Shown here: in pieces, positions 49,755-61,600 of the stretch | How the letters are laid out: every line of letters begins with the position of its first letter | Numbering within the stretch: the stretch's first letter is position 1 | DNA from: Torpedo marmorata | Taxonomy: Eukaryota | Direction of reading: 5' to 3' | Assembly (NCBI GenBank): GCA_977017645.1 | Contig: OZ360242.1 | Location: forward strand, 44,330,001-44,394,000 | Length of the DNA: 64,000 bases | The notes under the pieces: generated by a model | The model's input: the letters and a program-made list of their open reading frames with translations, nothing else | What the model was told of the DNA's origin: nothing | The model's database searches: none | Program-made: the position numbers and the translations under genes

Positions 49755-50320
49755 GGAGGAATATCCGCAGGGGGTAGGGAGGGGTGTTGGGGAATCTCCG
49801 CAGAGGGTCAGGAGGGGTGCGAAGGAATCTCCCCAGAGGGTCGGGAGGGGTGCGGAGGAATCTCCACAGAGAGTCGGGAGGGGTGCGGAGGAATCTCCGC
49901 AGAGGGTAGGGAGGGGTGCGGAGGAATCTCCCCAGAGGGTAGGGAGGGGTGCGGAGGAATCTCCCCAGAAGGTCGGGAGGGGTGCGGAGGAATCTCCCCA
50001 GAGGGTCGGGAGGGGTGTGGAGGAATCTCCGCAGAGGGTCGGGAGGGGTGCGGAGAAATCTCCCCAGAGGGTCGGGAGGGGTGCGGAAGAATCTCCCCAG
50101 AGGGTAGGGAGGGATGTGGAGGAATCTCCCCAGAGGGTAGGGAGGGGTGTGGAGGAATCTCCGCAGAGGGTCGGGAGGGGTGCGGAGGAATCTCCCCAGA
50201 GGGTCGGGAGGGGTGCGGAAGAATCTCCCCAGAGGGTAGGGAGGGATGTGGAGGAATCTCCCCAGAGGGTAGGGAGGGATGTGGAGGAATCTCCCCAGAG
50301 GGTCGGGAGGGATGTGGAAT
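49755..50320. repeat. 33-bp G-rich minisatellite, about 17 units
   Basis: Unit GGAGGAATCTCCCCAGAGGGTCGGGAGGGGTGC; 11-aa periodic pseudo-ORFs. Confidence 0.95.
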
Positions 50321-50769
50321 GCCAAGAGGCATAGAGGAATTTGTTAAAACAGGTTGCAGTACTGGGACACATATACCATGGGGATAATGATGAGGAATAA
50401 TATGTTTATGACTACAAAAACATTTGTCAAAGTAGAAAAGTATTGATAACATTAAAATATACAACATATTGGTAAAACCAATTAAACTAAATTTAAATAC
50501 TTTATACAATTATTCCAAGAAGAAAATATCACAAATGTCACCAAATAACAAAGAACCCCTATTTTTACAGGATACCTTGAAACAAATAAAACAGATATTT
50601 GTTAAACTAAAGGCACCAAATGATTGGATTAATTTGAGAGTCCCAAAGTAGTCAATAAAGGAAATGTTTAAGGGACTAGCCACAAAAAGGCCAGAAAAAT
50701 GACTGGACACCTTTAAAGGACCCTGGAACTGAATCAGGTAGTTATAGAATCTATCATTAAATGGTTATA

Positions 50770-50976
50770 TTTTTAAATGTAGACAGACAAAATGGTAACA
50801 GGCCCTTTCGGCCCAAATTACACCCAATTGACCTACAAGGGTGGGAGGAAACCGGAGCAGCCGGAGGAAACCCACGCAGACACAGGGAGAACATGCAACT
50901 CCTTACAGTCAGCGCGGGATTCGAACCCTGGTCCCAGTCGCTGGTGCTGTAACCGCTATGATAACCGTGCCGCCCC
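50770..50976 (-). mobile_element. HE1/V-SINE (internally deleted)
   Basis: Same consensus. Confidence 0.83.
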
Positions 50977-51065
50977 TAATGGATTTGTGGAGAGTAGGAA
51001 TGGAATAGCCAACGAGAGTGAAACTATTTGACAGACAATCAAACAATTACACTGCTGCACGTGAC

Positions 51066-53192
51066 ATATCTGGAATAAGGAACGGAAACAGAGAGGAACC
51101 TCAGCCAAAAATAACACATCCAGCAGACATTTTATGACTGCATCCATAAAATAAGGAATGGTGCAAATATACAAAGTGTGTTCAGGTGGAGTATTTGGCC
51201 ATTGGCATTAAGACCCCATGAGCACAGAGAAAGCCATTTAGAACTGAGCTCATTATAAACAGCCCCAGAGATGGGTAAATTAAAGCCTTTAATCCCTGTT
51301 GTTTGCTTTTAACAGGTTCCTGCGAGATTATCACCCACTGGCACGATCTATAAAGCTATAGAGCAAACAGCAAGGTTAAATGAAAGAAAAAAAGTACTTT
51401 AATATTGCTGTTTTGCATTATTCCATGTACACACACCAGTCTTTTTTTCCATTCAACCCAGTAGGTAGTATTGAAATAAAGGGTTTGCCCTGACATGAAA
51501 CTAAAAACCTGGTTGAAGCCAAACGCAGAGTATCAAAGTTTGTATTGCCCTTAAATTGAAGCAAATATAGACTATACCAATGGTAGTTACAGGACATTTC
51601 AAAGATGCCAATCTCCATGGAATCTTTACGGAAGTTGAAACTGAGAAACTGCACGGACTTGAAACTGAGAAACATAACAGACACAAGACTTTTTTTTACT
51701 TACAAAGCATTATTGGTAATGGTGAAAAGCCATGGTGTTAAATTAATGCAACAACTAGCTCTCATAGTCTGACTTTGCTAATATGAACAAAACAGCAAAG
51801 CAGGATATTTTTTAAGTGGTGAGACATTGGGTAACGTCGATTTTCAAAAGGGAGTCGGGTGTCTTTGTAACTGAAAGCCAACATGCAGATGCAGTATATG
51901 ACTAGAAATGATGCATGTGTGTTGCGATGAGAGAATTCGGTATAAAGCAGGAATGATGTTTTGCTGTAATTATGCAGAGTCTTGGTGAGACTGTACTCAG
52001 AGTACTGTGCAGTTTTGGTCTCCTTACTTGAAAAAGGATGTGCTTGCCATAGAGTACAATGAATATACACTAAAACTGGTTCCAGGGATGGATGCTTTGC
52101 TGCACCAGAAATTGTGCATTCACAAGAATACGACGAAGAAAGATTTCAGTAAAAATACAACTTCCTGCTCACTATTTTTAAAAGATATTTTACATGAATC
52201 AATGGGCTGGATAGAGGTAGGATGTTTCCTCTGGTTGAGTAAGCTAAAGGAGGGATTACACCTGTGGAATATAGTAAAACAGGAAACATACTATCGTGGG
52301 TAGAGTATTGGCTGATTAGCAAAAAACAGAGAGTCGGAATACAGGGATCATATTCTGGTTGGCTGCCAACTGCTAGTGGCGTTCCACAGGGGTCGGTGAT
52401 GGGGCCGCTTATTTTTATGTTGTATATTAATGATTAGGTTATGGAATGAATGGCTTTGTGGTCAAGTTTGCAGATGATATGAAGGTAGATGGAGTAGCAG
52501 GTAGTGTTGAGGAAACACGGAGGCTGCAGAAGGACTTAGACAAATTAGGAGAATGGGCAGAGAAGTGGCAAGTGAAATAAAATGTCAGAAAGTGTACGGT
52601 CATGCACTTTGGTGGAAAAAAATAAACGGGCAGATTATTTTCTAAGTGGGGAGAAAATTGAAAATACCCAGATGCAAAGGGTCCTAGGAGTCTTTGTGCA
52701 TGATAGCCCGAAGGTAAACTTGCATGTTGAGTCGGGGGTGAAGAAGGCAAATGCAATGCTGGCATTTATTTCAAGAGGAATAGAATATAAGAGCAGGGAT
52801 GTGATGTTGAGGCTTTATAAGGCACTTGTGAGACCTGACTTGGAGTATTGTGAGCAGTTTTGGGCTCCTCATTTAAGAAAGGATGTGCTGATGTTGGAGA
52901 GGGTTCAGAAGAGGTCTACAAGGATGATTCCAGGAATGAAAGGATTTTCATAACAGGAGCATTTTAAAGCTCTTGGCCTGTACTCGTTGAAATTTATGAG
53001 AATGAGGAGGGATCTCATTGAAACATTTTGAATGTTGAAAGGCATGGACAGAGTAGATGTAGAAAGGTTGTTCCCATGGTGGAAAAGTCTGGGACAAGAG
53101 GGCACAACTTCAGGATTGAAGGGCATCCGCTTAGAACAGAGATGCGGAGGAGTTTCTTCAGCCAGTGGGTGGTAAATATGTGGGATTTGTTG
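51066..53192 (+). repeat. 2127-bp direct duplicate of 43254-45380 (offset 7812)
   Basis: Near-identical sequence; paired ORFs (43606/51418, 44627/52439, 44770/52582) share the same offset; scattered substitutions. Confidence 0.95.
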
Positions 53193-54804
53193 GGAATGAA
53201 TTAAACAAAGGGCTACAAGAATGGAAACAAATTCAGAAAAGCAAAGGACATATTTTTCAGCAATATCCTGAGCAATGCAGAAGATAGCAAGAGGCCTGTT
53301 TAATTAGATAACGAGTTTTGTGTAATTAGAAATGGAAGTGCTCAGAACTCGGACAGGTAAATGATTAATGTTAAATGTAAAGTGTTGTAACATTGGTTCA
53401 ATGGAATACATGGAATTTAATTAATACAAGGAAATAACAAAAGGGATTTTGCAGTGATTGTAATCTCACTCATCACATAATATCTGGATAATGTGCAAAA
53501 GTAATTAAAAATGGAATAGAACACTGAAGTACCTTCAAACCTTTTGCTACATTAAAAGTGCTGGACCCTATGATGTAGCTGCTGCAATGATTTACACTCT
53601 GCACTAAAATATCAATAACTTCAGCTCTAACTTCACAGTGTGCTGCTTAACCCATAATTAAAACTTGGTATGAAGAAAGCACAGAAAAGAAAAATAAAGA
53701 TCCCAAATAAGACAATTAAGAGAGGCTGGAGTGAGGCACACAGTCTCTTGAGCATGCTCTACCATGGTAGATAAAATACCTCACTGATCAGCGGTTCATG
53801 AGATCATCTGGTGATGAGAAGATGCTTCTTCCCCCCATCCCCAACAACTGCGACTGTGAATATTTATCTATCTTTTGATATTTATGACCTCTTTCCCTGT
53901 CTTGCATTGGTGCTAATTTACATTTTTACTTTTGTGGTTGGAGAATCTTATGTACCTGTTTGGCTGTAACATGCAATAATTTGGATGCATCTGTACATTA
54001 CGCTGATGTATATGACAATAAACTCGCATTGAATATTGAAATTGTAAATAATTTAAGTTCCAAGACCAATTCTTGCGATACCAACTAGCAACAATCTGCC
54101 AATCTGAAAATAACTAACTTAATCCAAATCTCTGATCAATACCTTACTTTGCTGAAATGTTACCCTAGCCTCTGAGCATAATTTTATGTGGCAATCTTTT
54201 TTTGCTTTCATTATCAAATTCCTTTCTCAAAAGTACCATATCTGCTGGTTCCCATTTATCTATCTTGTTGGTTTAATTGCTCAAAATAAATACTATGCTA
54301 AATTTGGTGAACCCAATTCCCCCTTCATTAAACTATTGTAGGTCTGCCTAATTATTTTCATTTGCCAAATAATCTGTTGCCATGTCTTTAATGATTCAGC
54401 ATTTTGTTCACACGTGCCTGTCTAATCAGTCCATAGTTTTCTCTCACTCCTTTTTTAAAATAATCTAATTACATTTGCAGTCTTCCAGTTATCTGGAATT
54501 GCTCAAACATTATGTCCACAGTCACCATGCTTATAGCCCTGGGATACAGATTGTCAGGTCGAGGGAATCTGACTGGTTTTAGGCCCCTCACTGTCTCAGG
54601 TAGTTACATGCTGATGATATTAATTGCTTTAAGCTCCTCTCTTTTGATTCCCTCCTATTTTTACTACATTTATTATGTTTTGCGGTTAAGACAGAAAACA
54701 CTTGTACATTATTTCAGCCATTATTTTATTCCTCATTGTAATTTTTCTCATCATGTTCTATAAGATGTTCCAAATGATTTTTTTACTACTCTTTTTTTCT
54801 CACA

Positions 54805-56272
54805 ATGGAGTACAAGTTTTGACAGAAATATTTAAAATGTCCTTAGCCACGGGTGTGGTGCCGGAGGATCGGAGGGTAGCTCACGTTGTTCCGTTGTTTA
54901 AAAAAGGCTCCAAAAGTAACCCTGGAAATTATAGGCCGGTGAGCCTGACGTCAGTACTAGGTAAATTATTGGAAGGTGTTCTAAGAGATCGGATATACAA
55001 TTATTTGGATAGCCAGGGACTGATTAGGGATAGTCAACATGGCTTTATGCGTGGTAGATCGTGCTTAACCAATTTTATAGAGTTTTTCGAGGAGGTTACC
55101 AGGAAAGTTGATGAAGGAAAGGCTGTGGATGTTGTGTACATGGACTTTAGTAAGGCCTTTGACAAGGTCCCGCATGGAGGTTAGTCAGGAAGGTTCAAAC
55201 GCTAGGTATTCATGGTGAAGTAGTGAACTGGATTCGACAATGGCTGGACGGGAGAAGCCAGAGAGTAGTGGTGGATGATTGGTTATCAGATTGGAGGCCT
55301 GTGATTAGTAGTGTGCCTCAGGGATCGGTACTGGGACCATTGTTGTTTGTCATCTATATCAATGATCTGGATGATAATGTGGTAAATTGGATTAGTAAAT
55401 TTGCAGATGATACTAAGGAGGTGTTGTGGACAGCGAAGAAGGTTTTCAAAGCTTGCAGAGGGATCTTGACAAGCTGGTAAAGTGGGTTGAAAAATGGTAG
55501 ATGGAATTTAATGCAGACAAGTGTGAGGTGTTGCATTTTGGAAGGACAAACCAATAAAGGACATACAAGGTAAATGGTAGGGCACTGAGGAGAGAGGTAG
55601 AACAGAGGGATCTGGGAATACAGATACATAATTCCCTGAAAGTAGTGTCACATGTGGATAGGGTTGTAAAGAAAGCTTTTGGCATATTGGCCTTCATAAA
55701 TCAAAGTACTGAGTATAGGAGTTGGGATGTTATGTTAAAGTTGTATAAGACATTGGTGAGGCCAAATTTGGAGTATTGTGTGCAGTTTTGGTTGCCTAAC
55801 TACAGGAAGGATATCAATAAGATAGGGAGAGTGCAGAGAAGATTTACTAGGATGTTGCCCGGACTTCAGGGACTGAGTTACAGGGAAAGGTTAAACAAGT
55901 TAGGACTTTATTCCCTGGAGCGTAGAAGAATGAGGGGGATAGACAGAGTCAATGTCGATAGGCTTTTTCCATTGAGGTTGGGTGAGATTTAAACAAGAGG
56001 ACAAGGGTTAAGGGTGAAAGGGGAAAAAATTAGGGGGAACATGAGGGGGAACTTCTTCACTCAGAGAGTTGTGGCAGTGTGGAACGAGCTTCCAGCTGAA
56101 GTGGTAGATGCAGGCTCGATTTTCACATTTAAGGGAAATTTGGACAGGTACATGGATGGGAGAGGTATGGAGGGCTATGGACTGAGTGCAGGTCAGTGGG
56201 ACTAGACAAGAAAAAGTGGTTCGGCACAGACTAGAGGGGCCTGTTTCTGTGCTGTAATTGTTCTATAGTTCT
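54805..56272 (+). mobile_element. CR1 LINE, 5'-truncated, disrupted RT
   Basis: NYRPVSLT, DFSKAFD, PQGSVLGP, FADD in broken frames; CR1 3' end ggcctgtttctgtgctgta. Confidence 0.9.
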
Positions 56273-57496
56273 ACACTATTCAGGAAATAAACTCAGAATG
56301 TATGTTTGGAGTCTTATTACTTTTTGATCATTTGTTGCAGCTGTCTAAAACTCTCCCATTTCTTGGGTTTATTACCCTTGGCAAAACTTTTCTTTTATGC
56401 TTGTATTGATTAAACCTCCATGATTAGTAACAGATGAATCAAGTTTCTCATCAAGTTTTTATTTCAGAATCAGGTTTATTGTCATGAACATGCGTCATGA
56501 AATTTGTTGTTTTGCAGCAGTAGTATTGTGTTAGAATAAGGTGGAAAATTACTATAAATTATAATTCTGTAAAGATTTTAAAAAGTATATAACTAGTGCA
56601 AAAAAAAAGAAAAAGTGAGGTAGTGTCCATAGGTTCACTATCCGTTCAGAAATCTGATGGTGGAGGGGAAGAAGCTGTTTTTGTAACATATTCACAATGG
56701 AATATACTGTACCTTCACTGAGAATTGTGGAATATTTCTTTAAATTCTGGCTATTGTTTATCTATTGGCAAAATCTTCAGTCTAATTTCCCAATCAACAT
56801 AGTAATGCATCCCTCATATGTACATAATTGACTTTATTTATATTCATTATACTGGTTTGATACTGATTTCTATTTCTTTCGAACCGTTCAGTGAAGTTTA
56901 CCATATTGTGATAACTCTTCTCTTATGGGACTTCAACGATGAAGCTATCAATGAGCCCTGATTCTTTCCGCATGATAAAGTGTAAGACAGTCTGTTCAGT
57001 GGTTGGTATTGTTATATTATTCTAGAAGACTGCCCCAACTACATTTTATGAACTCATCACGTGAGCTACTTTTGCCAATTCTGACACATTCAGTGTATAT
57101 GAAGATCAAAGTTGCCAATAATTATTGTTTTACCTTTTGCTTCAAGGTTTTCTTATTTCTTGATTAATTCTCTGAATAATTGTTCTAAATAATTACGGTA
57201 GCTTAATTAATTTGTTAAAAAGTTAATCTGGGTCTTTATTGTATTGCAATATTTTAAAAATGCACTAATCTGCATAAAATATATTATGTGCAATCTTAAA
57301 GAATATTGTGCACTATTGTGCAAAATGATGTTTAGATGGGAATTTCATTCTGATATTATGAAATATTAACCTTTTGGATTTCTTGTCACGGTTTTCCGGG
57401 ACGACCAACAAGCGCAGATACTCTGTATCCCGGTTTTCCGGGACTGGTTTTATACCCAACCACCAGCTGGTTTGTACTGGTGTTCGTACTGTAAAG

Positions 57497-57866
57497 CAGC
57501 ATCGGCGCCAAGGCGGGGGGGGGGCATTTGCGGGCATTGCCCCCCCCCCAAGCGAGGTGCTGTGACCCCCCCATCGCTTGCTGTCAGACCCACCCCCGCC
57601 CGCGTCACTAGTGTGCGTCAAGCATCACTAGCGTCTTAGCTTGACGCACGCTAGTGAATCTCCACCCGACCGCGTCATTACCGTGTGTCAAGCGTGAATC
57701 TCGACGCAATAAAAGCAGCACTTTCTGCTGTTACAGTCGGAGGGAATGGAGGTTTCCGTCGGCAGCTACCAGCACCCCTGCCCCGTTGAGTGAGTCGGAC
57801 TGTGCCCCCCCCCACCCCCGGTTACCCTAATGCCCCCCTCTAATACTCGTTCTAGCGCCGACCCTG
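57497..57866. mobile_element. hAT MITE, CpG-rich
   Basis: Perfect 8-bp TSD CTGTAAAG (57489-57496, 57867-57874); imperfect TIR CAG..TCGGCGC. Confidence 0.82.
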
Positions 57867-57987
57867 CTGTAAAGTGTATCTTTGCAAAGGTTGGGGTGAA
57901 AACAGCTGCTTCGCCAAGTTCCACAACAAGAAAAATTACTGGAAGTAAAGATAAGAACTTCCAAAATTGTTGTTTGAGTATCTAGGA

Positions 57988-58277
57988 CAGTGGTTTTTAA
58001 ACTGCCCCCCTAAACTCACATTCCACCTTAAGCAATCCCTATGCCATAAGTGCTCTGTGATTAGTAAGGGATTGCTTAAGGTGGTATGTGAGTAGAAAGT
58101 AAAAGTTTGAAAACCACTGTTTTAATCGTACCTAATTGACTCGTTATGTGCACGGTTTCATAACTCCAAAGGAAATGGGCCAATGACAATTTTTCTCAAG
58201 CAAAATATTTCAGTAACAATTGGGTCTGGAGCAGTGGTTCTCAATCTTCCCTTCCCACTCACATACCTGGGGTATGA
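57988..58277. mobile_element. hAT-Charlie-like MITE plus a truncated second unit
   Basis: CAGTGGTTTT...AAAACCACTG (57988-58119); second CAGTGGTTCTCAA at 58232; flanks ATCTAGGA / ATCTAGGG resemble the Charlie NTCTAGAN target. Confidence 0.7.
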
Positions 58278-58648
58278 TCTAGGGTATGAATAGGATATGA
58301 ACTGGTCAGATATAATGTGGTAGCAGTGACTGTACAGATCAACTAACTCCAGTTTACCCATGGACCTAGTCCGGAGTATATATTATGAAAGGTTAAAAAT
58401 GGCCGGAGTCCAAAGGGTTAAGCAGTATAGATGAGGTAAAGCAAGAAATTTCATTGAAAGTAAGTTAGGAAAATAGAGGACATAAATCTAAATTTTTGAA
58501 AAAATTTTTGAAATGCAAATTCAAACTGATAAATGCTTGGATAATGTGCCAAGCAGGATATTAAGGGAAATATAGGTGACATTCCAAATGGTGTTGAGAG
58601 AGAGAGAGAAAAAAGAGTCTCTGTGAGGGAATTCAATGGGCACTTCTT

Positions 58649-61600
58649 TTTTTTTTTTTTTTTTTTTTTAATTTTATTTAATTTTTTAAAATCACAAAAT
58701 ACATATATCAAAAAAATAGTATATTATTGAAAATACATGTGATATATTTACCACCCCCCCTTCCCACCCTCCCCTCCCCAACCCTCCCACGCTATCTAAT
58801 AAAAAGAGAAAATAGAGTATATAAATGTTAATTAAAAGAAAAGAAAAAGATTGAATAATAAAGTTAAGAAAGTTAGTGTTAGTATGAGGAGAAAAACTAT
58901 TTCAAGCTAACTCTACTTGTATATTGGAGGTTACTTTGTCAGCGGTACTAACTTCTAGAGAATTAATTCATACCCATAATTCTCATGTATGGGCTCCAAA
59001 TTTTCAGAAAGAAATGATATTTATCTCGTAAATTATACGTAATTTTTTCCAATGGTATACACGAGCGTAACTCTGCATGTAGTCTATCCAAATTTAAATC
59101 TAAATCTGATTTCCAAGTAATAGCAATACATTTTTTTGAAATTGCTAACACAATTCGTAAAAATTCTATTTGGTACATATTCAATCTATTTCTAATACTA
59201 ATTTTTTTAATATCTCCAAACAGAAATATCATAGGGTCCATTGGAATCGTAATATTAAGAATTCTATCTAGAAATTCCTTGACTTTAGACCAAAAATTTT
59301 TAATTTTCAAACACAACCATGTACAATGTACAAAAGAACCTATTTCATCTTTACATCTAAAACACATATCTGACAATGCCGAATTGAATTTTTTTAATTT
59401 TTTAGGTGTTATATATAATTGATGAAAAAAATTATATTGTACTAATCTATATCTAACATTAATAATCTTAGTCATACTCAGTTTACATAGTTCTTTCCAG
59501 TGTTGTTCATCTATACTAGTGTTTAGATCTGATTCCCAATTTAATCTAGATTTATGTAGTCCTACTTTAAACATTTTTTTCTGAAGTAATTTATACATTT
59601 GCGATATAAATTTGTTAACATTTCCATTAGTAATTAATAACTCTAACTCATCTTGTCTAGGGGATATTAATTGATTCCCTAATTTCTCAACTAAAAATCC
59701 TTTAACTTGATAATAAGCCAAAACTGTATTATCCATTATTCCAAATTTTTCTTTCAATCTAGAAAAAGTAACAAATCTTCCTGCCTCAAAACAATCTTTA
59801 ATCTTCTTAATTCCTTTTTGATACCATAATTTTAAAAATTGATTATCAATAGAAAATGGTAATAATAAATTCTGATATAATGGCATGTTTAAAGAAATTA
59901 ATCCTTTTCGTCCTATTTCATTATCTAATTGATTCCAAATTTCCAATAGATGTTTAATAATCGGTGACTTTTTCTTTTTAATCAATAATAATTTAGAATT
60001 CCATTTATAAATAATATCTTCCTTATTTCTTTCTCCTATATTACTCAATTCTATATTAATCCAAGCCGTATTTTTAGTTAAATCAAATAGTTCATTTATA
60101 AATTTTAATTGTGCTGCCTTATAATAATATTGAAAATTAGGGAGTTGTAATCCACCCATTTCGTATTCCCAAGTTAATTTATCCATACTTACTCTTGCCA
60201 ATTTTCCTTTCCATAAAAACTTTCTAATAATAATTTTTAAATCTTTAAAAAATTTTTGAGGATTACCAAAAGGTATAGATTGAAAAAGATATTGAACTTT
60301 TGGAAAAATATTCATTTTAATACAATTCACTCTTCCCATTAAAGTTATGGGTAAATCTTTCCAATTATCCAAATCCTTCTTTATTTTCTGAAATAAAGGT
60401 ATGTAATTTAATTTATATAAATTTTCTAACTTTGTATCCACTTTAACTCCCAAATATTTAATAGCTTCTTTAGCCCATTTAAATTTTGTAACTTCTTTAC
60501 ATTTAGTATAGTCTCCTTGAGATAAAGCCATTATCTCACTTTTATCCGAATTAATTTTATATCCAGATATTTCACCATAATCCCTCAATATTTTATCTAA
60601 TTGTTGAAGTGATTTAATAGACTTTGTCATATATATTAATACATCATCTGCAAACAAACTAATTTTATGCTCTTCTACACCTACTTTTATCCCATTTATA
60701 TTAATATCTTTCCTAATCATTTCCGCCAACGGTTCTATTGCCAATACAAATAAAGCAGGTGACAATGGACATCCTTGTCTTGTTGACCGCGTCAAAGAGA
60801 ATTTAGATGATATTTGACTATTTGTAATTACTCTGGCTGTAGGTTCCTTATATATAGTCTTAATCCAGTTTATAAACGTATTTCCAAATCCATACTTCTC
60901 TAAAACCTTAAATAAAAACTTCCATTCTACTCTATCAAATGCTTTTTCTGCATCTAATGCTATCACTAACGGCAAATCCTGTTTCTTTTTTTGTAAATTA
61001 ATCAAACTTATTAATCTTGCTATATTATCCTTTGAATATCTATTTTTGATAAATCCTGCTTGATCTGGATGTATTAAAAATGGTAAAAACTTAGCTAGTC
61101 TATTTGTCAAGATTTTTGCCATTAATTTATAATCTACATTTAACAATGATATAGGCCTATACGATTCTGTTTTTAATACATCTCTATCTTTCTTTGGTAT
61201 AACTGTAATAATAGCATTTAAAAATGTTTTCGGTAATGAATGAGTTTCCTTTATTTGAGTTAATACTTCCATATATATAGGTATCAATACATCTTTAAAC
61301 TTCTTATAAAACTCTGCCGGAAATCCATCATCACCGGGAGATTTACCACTATTCAATGATGATAAAGCCTCACCTACTTCTCTCATTGTAATTGGTAAAT
61401 CTAACAAATCTCTATTAAGACTATTTAATTTGGGCAATGTAATTTTAGCTAAAAAATGATCAATTTTTACAACATCTTGATTCATTTGCGAAGTATATAA
61501 ATTTTGATAATACTCTTTAAATGAATTATTTATTTCTTGAGGTTTATAAGTTATTTCTCCAGAACTTTTCTTTATAGCATTTATAGTTTTAGAAACTTGT

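Larger units (their letters stand above)
57370..58417. mobile_element. piggyBac-like non-autonomous element containing two nested hAT MITEs
   Basis: TTAA at 57366-57369 and 58418-58421; TIR CC(T/C)TTTGGA(T/C)T(T/C)C. Confidence 0.68.

Noticed and set aside
49591-50509. Long ORFs (193-256 aa) in five frames
   Set aside because: Translations of the 33-bp minisatellite, which lacks stops; no splice or domain evidence.
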